64,000 nt of DNA from Planctomycetota bacterium (GTDB lineage: Bacteria > Planctomycetota > B15-G4 > JADJEK01), in NCBI GenBank assembly GCA_044225365.1, contig JBGAIQ010000013.1:1-64000 (forward strand), given 5' to 3'. Position 1 is the first letter of the stretch, and each line of letters begins with the position of its first letter. Position numbers and translations under genes: made by a program. The notes under the pieces were generated by a model. The model had not been told where the DNA came from, made no database searches, and saw only the letters and a program-made list of their open reading frames with translations. Below, piece by piece: positions 38,835 through 49,045 of the stretch.

Positions 38835-40532
38835 TCAGTTCGCGACGCCGTGGATGCCGTTCGTCAGCGCCATGTGGTTTCGTGACAAAGGTGTCCCGAT
38901 GGTCGCTGCTTGCATGTAGAAATCGGTGAGCGCCGGAATGCCGGCGGGCCACGTGCTCGTGATCGTTGCCTTGCCCGTAGCGTCGAGTGGAATCGTGAAC
39001 GCGGTTCCGGGGGAATTGAGATCGGGGATGAACCACGTGCCGGCGGCGGGCAGGCTCTGGTGACCCGCGTTGACGAACCACATCGAGAGTGCGCCGGGCA
39101 ATCCGCCCTTCATCGTCACCGTGACGGTCGACCCGGCCGTCAGCGGGCCGCTTGCCGCGAGGCGCGGTGGATCGATGACGGTCGAAGTCGGATTGCCGGT
39201 CTGGCTCCACCGCGACGTGGCGAGAGATGCGAGGTAGATCGCACCAACCTCGGATCCGCCGTCGTCATCGTGATCGGCGCCGACGGCGAGTTCGGGAATC
39301 CCGTCGCCATCGATGTCGCCGAGGAAGCACGTCGCCTGCCCGAATCGATCGTCGTTGTCGAGAGGACCGAAGCCGCCCAGGTTGTTCCCGATCTTGCAGT
39401 GACCGTTCACCGTGCCGTCGTGCTGCAGGAAGAGGATGTAGACCGCGCCGCGATTGGACCCTCCGGTGTCGTCCGCGATCGTCCCCACGGCAAGGTCCTG
39501 GATGCCGTCGCCGTTCATGTCGGGGAGCGCGGCGACCGACGAACCGAAGCTGTCGTCCGTCGAGATCGGTCCCTGGAAGTTCGCCGAGACGTCCGTGATC
39601 TTGGTGTACGACTTGACGTAGCCGTCGGTCTGCATGAAGAGGATCCACACGCAGCCGTTGCCTTGTCCGCCGTCGTTGTCGAGGAACGAACTCACGGCGA
39701 CATCGGTGACGCCGTCGCCGTCGAGGTCGCCGATATTCGTCGACGCGTATCCGAAGCGGTCCTGATGATCGAGGATCGTGAAGAACCCGCCCTGACCCAT
39801 CGTGATCTTCTGGCTCGCCTTCACCGTGCCGTCGGACTTCATGAACAGCGTGAAGCAGGATCCGGCGAGATACGCCGCGTCGTTGTCGTAGATCGCGCCC
39901 GCGAGCAGGTCGTTGACGCCGTCGCCATCGAGATCGCCGAGGTTCGTGAGCGAAGTGCCGAACCGGTTCTCGTTCTGCAGGACGTCGGGGAGTCCGCCCT
40001 GACCCATCGTGATCTTCTGATTCGCCTTCACGGTGCCGTCCTTCTTCATGAACAGGACGTAGATCGCACCGTTGTCGAAGAGGCCTCCAGAATCGTCGAG
40101 CCATGAACCGACGGCGAGGTCGATGACGCCATCGCCATCGAGATCGCCCATGTTGCACACCGACCAGCCAAACATGTCGAGCGGGTTCAGCGTGACGTTG
40201 AAGCCGGCGTGATTGCTGCCGATCTTCGAGTACGACTTCACGCTGCCGTCGTGCTTCAGGAACAAGATGTAGAGAGCGCCGGAGTAGGGTACGAATTCGC
40301 TGTCGACGTAGGAGCCGACCGCGATGTCCTGATTCCCGTCTCCATCGAGGTCGCCGAGCTTCGCGACCGAGACTCCGAAGAGGCCGGGCGACGACAAGGT
40401 GGCGGTGAGCCCGCCTTGCGTGGCGCTGATCTTGCGCTGAGATAGAACGGTCCCGGCGAGATTCTGCGCAAGCGCCGACGAGGCGAACGCGGTCATCACG
40501 GCGACCGCGAGCAAGTTCTTTACGATCGACAC
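38835..40532 (-). CDS. Exported integrin-alpha/FG-GAP beta-propeller protein with divergent shared C-terminal domain
   Basis: Signal ALA-Q; six FG...LGDLDGDG..DLAVG...DD...GA[IV]Y repeats; C-terminus PRL...GGLPG...FYMQAA...LTNGI. Confidence 0.93.
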   Translation of the reverse strand: MSIVKNLLAVAVMTAFASSALAQNLAGTVLSQRKISATQGGLTATLSSPGLFGVSVAKLGDLDGDGNQDIAVGSYVDSEFVPYSGALYILFLKHDGSVKSYSKIGSNHAGFNVTLNPLDMFGWSVCNMGDLDGDGVIDLAVGSWLDDSGGLFDNGAIYVLFMKKDGTVKANQKITMGQGGLPDVLQNENRFGTSLTNLGDLDGDGVNDLLAGAIYDNDAAYLAGSCFTLFMKSDGTVKASQKITMGQGGFFTILDHQDRFGYASTNIGDLDGDGVTDVAVSSFLDNDGGQGNGCVWILFMQTDGYVKSYTKITDVSANFQGPISTDDSFGSSVAALPDMNGDGIQDLAVGTIADDTGGSNRGAVYILFLQHDGTVNGHCKIGNNLGGFGPLDNDDRFGQATCFLGDIDGDGIPELAVGADHDDDGGSEVGAIYLASLATSRWSQTGNPTSTVIDPPRLAASGPLTAGSTVTVTMKGGLPGALSMWFVNAGHQSLPAAGTWFIPDLNSPGTAFTIPLDATGKATITSTWPAGIPALTDFYMQAATIGTPLSRNHMALTNGIHGVAN

Positions 40533-40886
40533 GATTCACTCCAGACGGTCGGGGGATCAGGACGTGAGGCGAGAGAAGAGAACTCGCCCATCCCTGTTCC
40601 GAGTTCGGGCCCGGAACACTCTCTTCGCAACCTATTCTGCCCGAAAGAACGTAGACGTGTGAACCACGCTCGCAAAAAGACCGCCAATCCTCGGTGAATC
40701 GTCGGTGAATCGGCGCGGGGTCGCTCGGGTCTCGTTACCGGACAGGGCCGTGGTGAATAACGAGCACCCAGCGGATCGATTGTAGAAAGCGGCGAAGTCC
40801 CGCCGGACGAAGCGAACCTCCTTCGCTCGACTTGCGTCGAATCCGTCACCCACCCGCCTGTGATTGCCTGCCCGGGAGCCGTTGCC

Positions 40887-42254
40887 ATGGCTGTCGTCTG
40901 GAACGCGGAGAACGCAGCTCACCTGCTGCGTCGCGCGACGTTTGGTGCTCGCCCCAAGGATGTCGACAAAGCGCTGAAGAAGGGATTCGACGCCACGATC
41001 GAAGGACTGTTCAAGAAGGCCGAACCGGACACGTTCGGCAAGTTCAGCGACGTCTACCTCGATGGCATCCAGGCCTGGTGGCTGCGTCGGATGCTGAAAA
41101 CGAAGGCGCCGCTCACCGAGAAGCTGACGCTCCTGTGGCACAACCACTTCGCGACCGGCTTCCACAAGATCGAGAACGCGCGCTTCATGCACCTCCAGAA
41201 CCAGGTGCTGCGCAAGAACGCTCTCGGCAACTTCCAGAAACTCGTTCTCGAGGTCAGCAAGTCCGCGGCGATGCTGATCTGGCTCGACGGCGAGACCAAC
41301 ATCGCGTCCGATCCGAACGAGAACTTCGCGCGCGAGCTGCAGGAGCTGTTCACCACGGGCGTGCTGAACAAGAGCGGGGCGCCGAACTACACCGAGAACG
41401 ACGTCGTCGAGGCCGCGCGCGCGTTCACGGGGTGGGGGTACACCTACCCGAAGGGCAAGTTCGAGTACCACGACTACGACCACGACTTCGATCCGAAGAC
41501 GTTCAAGGGCCAGACCTCGAACTTCGCGGGTGAGGACATCGTCGCCCTGCTCGCCGTCGATCCCGCGACCGCGCGACGAGTCGCGTGGCGACTATGGAAC
41601 GAGTTCGCGTATCCCGTCGCGCTCGACGATGCGGTGCTCGACCCGCTCGAGCAGGCCTATCTCGCGAACGGGACGGAGCTGCGGCCCGTCGTGGAGCTGA
41701 TGTTCCGCAGCGACGCGTTCTATTCGTCGACGGCGAAGTATGCCCACGTGAAGAGTCCGTGCGAGTGGCTCGTCGGCACCATGCGGCTCCTCGGCGGGAA
41801 GTTCAGCGACAAGCACGATTGGATGGACTACGACCTCGCCTACGCCGTCGATTTCCTCGGGCAGGCGATCTTCGATCCACCGTCCGTCTTCGGCTGGAAG
41901 GAGAACCTCGCGTGGACTTCGTCCAACGGGGTGTTCTCCCGTCTGCAGTACAGCGACGAGGTCGCGACCTCGCGCAAGCAGGACCAGCCGCTGTTCCTAT
42001 GGCAGCCGACGAAGGTGCTACCGCCGAAGTCGCAGTGGTCGACGCTCTCCGCAGTCGACACCGTGAATTGGTTCCTCACGTTGCTCGGTCCCGTGAACGC
42101 GGCGCAATCGACGATCGATGCCCTCGTCACCTATCTCGAGACCGATTCGACGGGATCGCCGACCACGTTCGCGCTCGACGACGAGAGCGTCGATTCGAAG
42201 ATCCGCGGACTCGTCGCGCTCATTCTGTCGTCGCCCGAGTATCAGCTCGCCTGA
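40887..42254 (+). CDS. DUF1800 family protein
   Basis: AAHLLRRATFG, EKLTLLWHNHFA, ML.WLD, PNENFARELQELFT.G, AARAFTGW, SPEYQL. Confidence 0.94.
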   Translation: MAVVWNAENAAHLLRRATFGARPKDVDKALKKGFDATIEGLFKKAEPDTFGKFSDVYLDGIQAWWLRRMLKTKAPLTEKLTLLWHNHFATGFHKIENARFMHLQNQVLRKNALGNFQKLVLEVSKSAAMLIWLDGETNIASDPNENFARELQELFTTGVLNKSGAPNYTENDVVEAARAFTGWGYTYPKGKFEYHDYDHDFDPKTFKGQTSNFAGEDIVALLAVDPATARRVAWRLWNEFAYPVALDDAVLDPLEQAYLANGTELRPVVELMFRSDAFYSSTAKYAHVKSPCEWLVGTMRLLGGKFSDKHDWMDYDLAYAVDFLGQAIFDPPSVFGWKENLAWTSSNGVFSRLQYSDEVATSRKQDQPLFLWQPTKVLPPKSQWSTLSAVDTVNWFLTLLGPVNAAQSTIDALVTYLETDSTGSPTTFALDDESVDSKIRGLVALILSSPEYQLA

Positions 42255-42285
42255 TTGGCACCGAGAAACAGCAAGGATTCCATCG

Positions 42286-43533
42286 ATGAACTTCTCACGT
42301 CGTGATTTCCTGCGTCGCGGTGCGCTCGCCGTTCCGGCTTCGCTCCTCGCTCCGGGCGCTTTCATCAAGTCGGTTCTCGCCGCGCCCGCGGGCGTCACGA
42401 AGAACCTCATCCTCGTCGAGATGTTCGGCGGCAACGATGGCCTGAACACCATCGTTCCGTGGAACTTCCCGGCCTACTACTCCGAGTTCCGGCCGACGAT
42501 CGGCGTGCCCGACGCGTCGGTCCTGAAAGTGCTGAATCAGCCGGTCGGCTTCAATCCAGGGCTCGCGTCGTTGAAGTCGCACTTCGATCAGGGGCGCGTC
42601 GCGGTCGTCCAGGGCGTCTCCTACCCGAATCCGTCGTTCTCGCACGAATACGCCCAGAGGATCTGGCACACGGGCTCGGTGACGACTTCCACCGATGGTT
42701 GGCTCGCGCGCTACCTCAATCTGTTTCCGACGCCGACATCGCCGGTCGCCGGGGAAGTGCTCGACAACCTCACCGCGCTCACCAGCGGGACCACCGGGTT
42801 CGTTCCCGCTTTCACTTCGATCGACGATCTCGCCTTCCCGTACGACGACTACAACCCCGACGACGCGACGAACCGCAAGACCGCCTTCAACGCGATCGTG
42901 AACGCGCTCGCTGCGGGCAGCGGATCGGTCAACAAGATCGCCGAGAACTCGCGCGGCCTGTCGCAGCTCATCGACACGTTCCAGCAGATCCCGGACGTGA
43001 ACTTTGTCGGGCAATACCCCGACGACTACTTCTCCGATCTCCTGAAGTCGATCGTGCGCGTGATGAACGCGAACATCGGCATGCGCTTCTTCCACGTCGG
43101 GCTCGACGGCTTCGACACGCACAGCGAGCAGAACACCGACGATTATCACAGCGACCGCTTGAAGACGATGGCGGACGGACTGTCCGCCTTGTACGACGAC
43201 CTGAATGCGCTCGGCATGATGCAAGACACGCTCGTCGTCGTGTTCTCCGAGTTCGGCCGCACGGTGTACGAGAACGGCTCGGTGGGCACGGATCACGGAA
43301 CGGTGCTGCCGGTCCTCGTGTTCGGCGGTTCGGGTGTGAACGGCGGCTTCGTCAATTCGCATCCTCCGGTCGATCCGTCGCAACTCGACCCCGTGTGGAA
43401 CGAACTCCAGATGCAGGCCGACTTCCGCGACGTCTTCGGCACGGTGCTGAAGCGCTGGCTCGGCCTCACGCCGGCCGAGGTGCAGACGCTCTTCCTCGGC
43501 TACAACGCGACCGATCTCGGTTTCCTCGTCTGA
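42286..43533 (+). CDS. DUF1501 family protein, Tat signal
   Basis: SRRDFL, GGNDGLNT, GFDTH, SEFGRT, GTDHG, DFRDV. Confidence 0.94.
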   Translation: MNFSRRDFLRRGALAVPASLLAPGAFIKSVLAAPAGVTKNLILVEMFGGNDGLNTIVPWNFPAYYSEFRPTIGVPDASVLKVLNQPVGFNPGLASLKSHFDQGRVAVVQGVSYPNPSFSHEYAQRIWHTGSVTTSTDGWLARYLNLFPTPTSPVAGEVLDNLTALTSGTTGFVPAFTSIDDLAFPYDDYNPDDATNRKTAFNAIVNALAAGSGSVNKIAENSRGLSQLIDTFQQIPDVNFVGQYPDDYFSDLLKSIVRVMNANIGMRFFHVGLDGFDTHSEQNTDDYHSDRLKTMADGLSALYDDLNALGMMQDTLVVVFSEFGRTVYENGSVGTDHGTVLPVLVFGGSGVNGGFVNSHPPVDPSQLDPVWNELQMQADFRDVFGTVLKRWLGLTPAEVQTLFLGYNATDLGFLV

Positions 43534-43608
43534 CCGGCCGCTCCGCCGGAACTCGAGCGCGGTAGGCTGGTCCTACCGCGTTTTCGTTGCACGGACAGGC
43601 CCACGCCG

Positions 43609-45555
43609 ATGCGCACGTTGCGGATCCTCGCCTTGCTTGCCATCGCCGCCCTGGCGGCCCTGTGGCTGTTCGGTTCGCACGACCCCGTCGCGGACACGCC
43701 GAGCGTCGCGCGACGCAACGATTCGAACTCGACCGAGGCGATGCCCGTCGCACCGAACGTCGCGCCCGTCGTCGCAACGGGTCCCGAAGCGCCGCCGAAT
43801 CGCGTCGCGGTCGAGCCCCGCCCCGATCCATCGCCCGGCGGCAAGACGGGGCATCTTCGCGTTCGAGTCGTGCGCAAGGGTGCGGTCGAGGACGTCGCGT
43901 TCGAGGCCGCGCTCGAAGTGGGTCGCGAGGCGCCACGCATGGTCGCGGGACGACATGGGCTCGCCGAGATCGATTCCGTCCCGGTCGGAGTTCCGTTGCG
44001 AGTCGTCGCGGTGGTGAAGGGATCGGAGTACGCGCCGAAGGGCGAAGTCGCCGGACCCCCGAGCGAGGGAGCGACGAGCGAAGTCACGATCGGGCTCGAC
44101 GATGCACCGACGCTCCGACTGCGTCTCCTTCGCCCCGACCGCACTCCCGTCGCGAACACGAAGGTCCGCGTCTCTCGCGACGACTCGAACGGGTCCACGC
44201 TCACGTCGATCCGCTTCGAGGTGGAGACCGACGAGCTCGGATACGTCGACTTCAACGGGGCGGCGTTCCCCCGCGGCTCGACTCGCTCGTTCCAGTTCGA
44301 AGCGCCGAGCACGCACAAGAAGATGATCGGCGAGATCGCACTCTCGCGAGCGTTGTGCGAAGGCGAGAACGACCTCGGGGACCTCGTGCTCACCGCGCTG
44401 CCTTTCATCGCGAGCGGTCGCGTCGTCGACTCGTCGGGAAGTCCCGTCGCCGGCGCTCAGGTCGAACTCGTCGTGCATGGAGATGGTCCCGGTCGATTCG
44501 GCGCCACCTCGGATTGGGACGGTACCGATCTGTCGGCGGCTACGGCGATCGACGGCGCGTTCGAGCTCGATGGCGTCGTTTCAGGTCGTCTCGCGCTCGT
44601 TGCGAAGTCCGAGTCCGGGCAAAGCGCACGTGTCGAGTTCGAGAGCGGAGCGAAGGGCATCGAGTTGATGTTGATCGAGAAGGGCGCGATCGAAGGCTCC
44701 TTGCGAATGCCCGCGGGATTCCCGACCGATCTGCTGCGACCGGAGTTGCTCGACGCGGAGGTGCCGGCGTCGTCGATGATCGGCGCGACGGCGGAGACGA
44801 GGATTTCAGAAGACGGCAGCTTCGTCTTTCGAGCGCTGGCGGCCAAGCGCTACGACTTCGCGATCCGCGGCAGTCATCCCGATCCCATCGTCGTCGTGAA
44901 GGGAGTCGACGTCGCACCGGGTCGCACGACGCACGATCCGCGGATGCAGGAGATGCAGCTCGAAGCGCAGATCGGCATCCTTCAGGTCGAGGTCGTCGAC
45001 GCAGCGAATGCCCCGCTCGACGCGAGTGTGATGGTGAAGGCGCGCACGCGCCTCGAATCGTCGGGGGCCGCCCAGAGAGGTCGCGGCGTCTTCGTCGTCG
45101 TGACGCAGGGGCAAGGCCAGGATCTGATCGTCAGCGCGTCGGGATACGTCCCTCAGCAGATCGTCGACGCCAAGGCATCACCCCTGCCCCTTCGCGTCGT
45201 GCTCGCGCGCGCGATGAGCGTCGAATTCACGGTGGCGGGCGAGTTCTCGCTCGACTCCGGCAAGTCGCGGCTCGCGGTACGACTCGAACCGACCGCGAAG
45301 ACCATCGAGTCCATTCCCGATACGCTCGAATCGATGACGGACGAAGCCGTGCCGTTCGATTCGGAGCGCAAGGCGCGGATCGGCGTTGCGTTTCCTGGCG
45401 AGTATCGAGTCGTTCTCGGGCTTCGCGAGCCCTTCGGATCGATGTCGATCCTGCGCACGATCGGTGAAGCGAAGGCGGTGCGAGTCGACTCGTCGGGCGA
45501 GCAGCACTTCACTCTCGAGGTGCCTCCCGAGGTCCGCGCCACGCTCGATGCGTAG
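43609..45555 (+). CDS. Membrane-anchored carboxypeptidase-regulatory-like (transthyretin-fold) repeat protein
   Basis: N-terminal TM helix, Pro-rich linker and SGRVVD..G.PVAGA.V repeats. Confidence 0.8.
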   Translation: MRTLRILALLAIAALAALWLFGSHDPVADTPSVARRNDSNSTEAMPVAPNVAPVVATGPEAPPNRVAVEPRPDPSPGGKTGHLRVRVVRKGAVEDVAFEAALEVGREAPRMVAGRHGLAEIDSVPVGVPLRVVAVVKGSEYAPKGEVAGPPSEGATSEVTIGLDDAPTLRLRLLRPDRTPVANTKVRVSRDDSNGSTLTSIRFEVETDELGYVDFNGAAFPRGSTRSFQFEAPSTHKKMIGEIALSRALCEGENDLGDLVLTALPFIASGRVVDSSGSPVAGAQVELVVHGDGPGRFGATSDWDGTDLSAATAIDGAFELDGVVSGRLALVAKSESGQSARVEFESGAKGIELMLIEKGAIEGSLRMPAGFPTDLLRPELLDAEVPASSMIGATAETRISEDGSFVFRALAAKRYDFAIRGSHPDPIVVVKGVDVAPGRTTHDPRMQEMQLEAQIGILQVEVVDAANAPLDASVMVKARTRLESSGAAQRGRGVFVVVTQGQGQDLIVSASGYVPQQIVDAKASPLPLRVVLARAMSVEFTVAGEFSLDSGKSRLAVRLEPTAKTIESIPDTLESMTDEAVPFDSERKARIGVAFPGEYRVVLGLREPFGSMSILRTIGEAKAVRVDSSGEQHFTLEVPPEVRATLDA

Positions 45556-45557
45556 CG

Positions 45558-47048
45558 TCAGCGGTTGTACGGAAACGGGCTGATCCAATTGAACCCGCGC
45601 TTGGTCAGCTCGAAGTCCTCGGGCGTTCTTCGCCGAGCGCGGATCGAATAGGTGTGCCCGTCGAGCTGTCCATCGAACTGGAAGACCTTGGGCTCGACCT
45701 CGCGATACGTCCAGGTGTAACGAGCTTTCGGAGGGGCCGGCTCCGCCGGAGCGGTCGTCGTGCCCGCCGTGGCTTGGGGCGTGGGTCGGCCGCGCGGTGA
45801 CGAAGAGCGCGGATCGGTGAGCGTAATCGTCTGCGCCTTGGGATCGATCTCGGACGAGAACGCGCGCAGCGAACCATTCATGAGGTAGACGTGCAGGAAT
45901 TGGGGATAGTCCGAAACGAACCGGTTCCAGCGCAAAGGATCCGTCGTGAGAGGCGGCAACTCGGCGCCATCGCGCGAGAATCGTTCGACGTCGTAGACGC
46001 CGAGCAAGGGCGACTTCTCTCGGCCTTCGCCGAACGGCCCGTTGTAGCGATCGAGACCGGAGTCGATTCCAGAGTACGCGACGGAGGCGATCCAGAACAA
46101 CGTGAGAACGGTCACGACGTGGTTCGCGGCGGGCGACGAGAAGGGTCCCGTGAGATCGCGCGGCGGTGCCGGGCGATTGAACACGAGAACGGCGAGCAGG
46201 CGCGAAGCATCGGGGATCGTGATCGCGATGGCGAGGACGAGGTAGTACGTGGCGTAGAGCTTCACGGGCACGTCGTACGCGTAGTTCAACATGCATACGT
46301 TCGTCATCACGCCGACGACGACGAGAGCGCCGAGCGTGGCCGTGCGTCGGAAGCAGAGCAGGATCCCGCCGACCACTTCTCCGAGTCCGGCGAAAACCGT
46401 GTACGCGGTCGAGAAGCCCATGAATCGCCAGACGAGGCCCATGGGCGATTGATCGCCGATGGGCAGCAGAAGTTCCGCGAGCCCCGGCGACACGAACTGA
46501 TTCTTGATCACTTTCGCGTAGCCGTAGCCGAACATCGTCGACGCCAGGAAGAATCGGGCTCCGACCCACAGGAGCCTGGAGGTTCGTGGGAAGGAGCGGG
46601 AGGGCCAGGTGAGCGCGGTCCACAGGATCGTGGGCACGATCGAGATCAATGCGATGAGCACGACCTGGGCGTAGTCGTAGTTCTTGTCGCCGCTGCCGGA
46701 GGGTGCCGGATCGTACGTCTTCGCGAAGCCAAGCACGTGGTTTCCGAACCAATCGACCGCCTCCTGCCACCGCGAGAACACCCAACCGAGGGCGTGATCC
46801 CCGTAGACCGCGCCCCAGAATGCGTTCACGTGTTCGGTGATCCCGAGCTTCTCGTAGAGCGCCGCCGGAACCGCCTGCAGCAGCGAGAGGGGAAAGCCTC
46901 GGAAGAACGAGGTGATGCAGAAGAACACGAACGCGTAACGAAAGACGATCAGCGTCGCCTTGGAGACCTGGCGCGGAGGTGCGGTCTCGCTTCCCGCAAA
47001 TCGCACTCTCGTGGTCGGAACAGAGTTCGCCGCCTCCGTTGCAATCAT
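45558..47048 (-). CDS. DoxX-like multi-pass membrane protein
   Basis: GSGD..YDY, YG.AK...QF, PMGL.W.FMG.S..Y..FAG..E..GG.LL.FRRT..LGAL, N..YDVPVK. Confidence 0.82.
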   Translation of the reverse strand: MIATEAANSVPTTRVRFAGSETAPPRQVSKATLIVFRYAFVFFCITSFFRGFPLSLLQAVPAALYEKLGITEHVNAFWGAVYGDHALGWVFSRWQEAVDWFGNHVLGFAKTYDPAPSGSGDKNYDYAQVVLIALISIVPTILWTALTWPSRSFPRTSRLLWVGARFFLASTMFGYGYAKVIKNQFVSPGLAELLLPIGDQSPMGLVWRFMGFSTAYTVFAGLGEVVGGILLCFRRTATLGALVVVGVMTNVCMLNYAYDVPVKLYATYYLVLAIAITIPDASRLLAVLVFNRPAPPRDLTGPFSSPAANHVVTVLTLFWIASVAYSGIDSGLDRYNGPFGEGREKSPLLGVYDVERFSRDGAELPPLTTDPLRWNRFVSDYPQFLHVYLMNGSLRAFSSEIDPKAQTITLTDPRSSSPRGRPTPQATAGTTTAPAEPAPPKARYTWTYREVEPKVFQFDGQLDGHTYSIRARRRTPEDFELTKRGFNWISPFPYNR

Positions 47049-47235
47049 GGGGCATTCCTCGAGATCAAGAGTCGCCGATCCACCGAATACGCGCGGATCC
47101 TACCGTCGTTGGAACGGGAAGTGGGGGCGACGGAGGGTCGTGGGAAGGGTTGCCGCACTCAAGGCATCGCCAACAGATCGCGATGCGCGCCGTAGGGTGC
47201 GAAAGGACCTCGCTGCGAAAGGCAAGCCGTGTCGA

Positions 47236-47931
47236 ATGGACCACCGCCCCTGCTTCGTCGCCCTGACCTTTCTCGCCCTTCTGAGTATGCGGGGCTTGCG
47301 GGGCGCGTGGCCCGATCCACTCGATCCCGCCCATCTCGATCGAAAGGGCGTCGTCGTCGAGCGGGTACGCTTCCAGGACCGTGATGCGTCGAGAGTGATG
47401 AGTGCCGACGGCCCACTCGGCGACGGCGGGATCGCGATCGTGAAGGACACGGACTTCGCGAACGGGTCGATCTTGGTCGACCTTGCCGGTCAGGTGCGCG
47501 AGGGAGCGAATCCGACGGCGCGCGGATTCATAGGAGTCGCGTTCCGTGTGCAGGACGATGGCGGCAAGTACGAGTGCTTCTATTTGCGGCCGACGAACGG
47601 CCGCGCCGAGGAGCAACTGCGCCGCAATCACTCGACGCAGTACATCTCGCATCCCGAGTATCCGTGGGAACGACTGCGAAGCGAGCATCCCGGCGAGTAC
47701 GAGTCCTACGTCGACCTCGTTCCCGGCGCGTGGATGTCGCTGCGCATCGACGTCGACGGAACCGACGCGCGGTTGTTCGTGAACACTTCCGAACAGCCGT
47801 GTCTCGTCGTTCACGACTTGAAGCTCGGGACGGTCCACGGTCCGGTCGCGCTATGGATCGGCTCCGGGACCGAGGCGTACTTCGCCAATCTGCGGATCGT
47901 TCCAGCGGACGTGCCGAGTTCGGGCAAGTAG
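47236..47931 (+). CDS. Exported concanavalin-fold protein (DUF1080-like)
   Basis: Signal-like N-terminus; DF.NG.I.VD, RGFIGVAFR, FYLRPTNGR and W..LRI.V motifs. Confidence 0.7.
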   Translation: MDHRPCFVALTFLALLSMRGLRGAWPDPLDPAHLDRKGVVVERVRFQDRDASRVMSADGPLGDGGIAIVKDTDFANGSILVDLAGQVREGANPTARGFIGVAFRVQDDGGKYECFYLRPTNGRAEEQLRRNHSTQYISHPEYPWERLRSEHPGEYESYVDLVPGAWMSLRIDVDGTDARLFVNTSEQPCLVVHDLKLGTVHGPVALWIGSGTEAYFANLRIVPADVPSSGK

Positions 47932-47938
47932 GCGGCGG

Positions 47939-49045
47939 TCAACGGAACGAGTTCACGGCGTCGATCGCCGCGTCGATCGTGCCGCTCGGCGCCTGCGGAT
48001 AGATGGGCAAGGAGAGGATCGTGGCGACCGCGGCTTCGGCGTTCTTGCACGGTCTCGACGCTGCGGCGTGCGGGCGCAGCGCGGTCATCTGAGTCAATGC
48101 GCGCGGGTAGTGGATCAATGTCTCCACGCCCTTCTTCGCAAGATGGGCGCGCAACGCGTCGCGCCGATCCGAGCGCACGACGAATTGGTGGTACACGTGA
48201 TGACGTCGCGGCGACTCGATGGGCAGCGAAACCGCGGGATTTTGAATCTCGCGGCGATAGCGGTCCGCCGTCGCGCGTCGAGTGGCATTGCCTGCTTCCA
48301 GCGCCTTCGAGCGCACGCGAAGGATCGCGGCATGGATCTCGTCGAGTCGCGAATTCTGACCGGTCTCGACGCAGTCGTAGCCGTCGACCTGGCCGTAGAA
48401 GCGCAGTCGCTTCACTCGCTCCATGAGGGCGTCGTCGTTCGTGACGATCGCACCGCCGTCGCCGAACGTGCCGAGATTCTTCGTCGGATAGAAACTGAAG
48501 CACGCGAGACGACCGAACGTGCCGGCCTGCTGGCCGTCGAACTTCGCGCCGTGCGCTTGGGCCGCGTCCTCGATCACGGGAATGCCGTGCTTCCCCCCGA
48601 TCGCGAGGATTTCGTCGATCGCGGCGAACTGGCCGTAGAGGTGGACCGGCACGATGGCTTTCACGTTCTTTCCGATGGAGGCTTCGAGTTCGTTCGGATC
48701 CATCGTGAACGATCGAGGATCGATGTCGACGAGGACGGGATTCGCGCCGAGCGCCTTCACGGCCATCGCGGTGGGAATCGCCGTGAGCGCCGGGATCGCG
48801 ACGCCATCGCCCGCCTTCACGTCGAGCGCGCGCAGAGCGAGCGTGAGCGCGTCCGTCGCATTCGCGACGCCGATCGCGTGCTTCACGCCGATCGATCGGG
48901 CGTATTCGTGCTCGAACGCCTTCACCTCGTTGCCGAGGACGTACCAACCCGAATCGAGGGCGCGCTCGATGGCGGCGAGGATCTCCGCCTTCTGCTCGAG
49001 ATAACCGGCGCGCAGATCGTGGAACGGATGCGAGCCGCCGCTCAT
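47939..49045 (-). CDS. DegT/DnrJ/EryC1/StrS sugar aminotransferase
   Basis: SGWYVLG..V..FE, VPVHLYGQ, EDAAQAHGA, SFYPTKNLG..GDGG, NSRLDE, SLPIYP. Confidence 0.95.
   Translation of the reverse strand: MSGGSHPFHDLRAGYLEQKAEILAAIERALDSGWYVLGNEVKAFEHEYARSIGVKHAIGVANATDALTLALRALDVKAGDGVAIPALTAIPTAMAVKALGANPVLVDIDPRSFTMDPNELEASIGKNVKAIVPVHLYGQFAAIDEILAIGGKHGIPVIEDAAQAHGAKFDGQQAGTFGRLACFSFYPTKNLGTFGDGGAIVTNDDALMERVKRLRFYGQVDGYDCVETGQNSRLDEIHAAILRVRSKALEAGNATRRATADRYRREIQNPAVSLPIESPRRHHVYHQFVVRSDRRDALRAHLAKKGVETLIHYPRALTQMTALRPHAAASRPCKNAEAAVATILSLPIYPQAPSGTIDAAIDAVNSFR

Noticed and set aside
45558-47048. DoxX-like gene as the missing BufD of the MNIO cluster
   Set aside because: It lies 34 kb away, is far larger than BufD-type DoxX proteins, and nothing links them.
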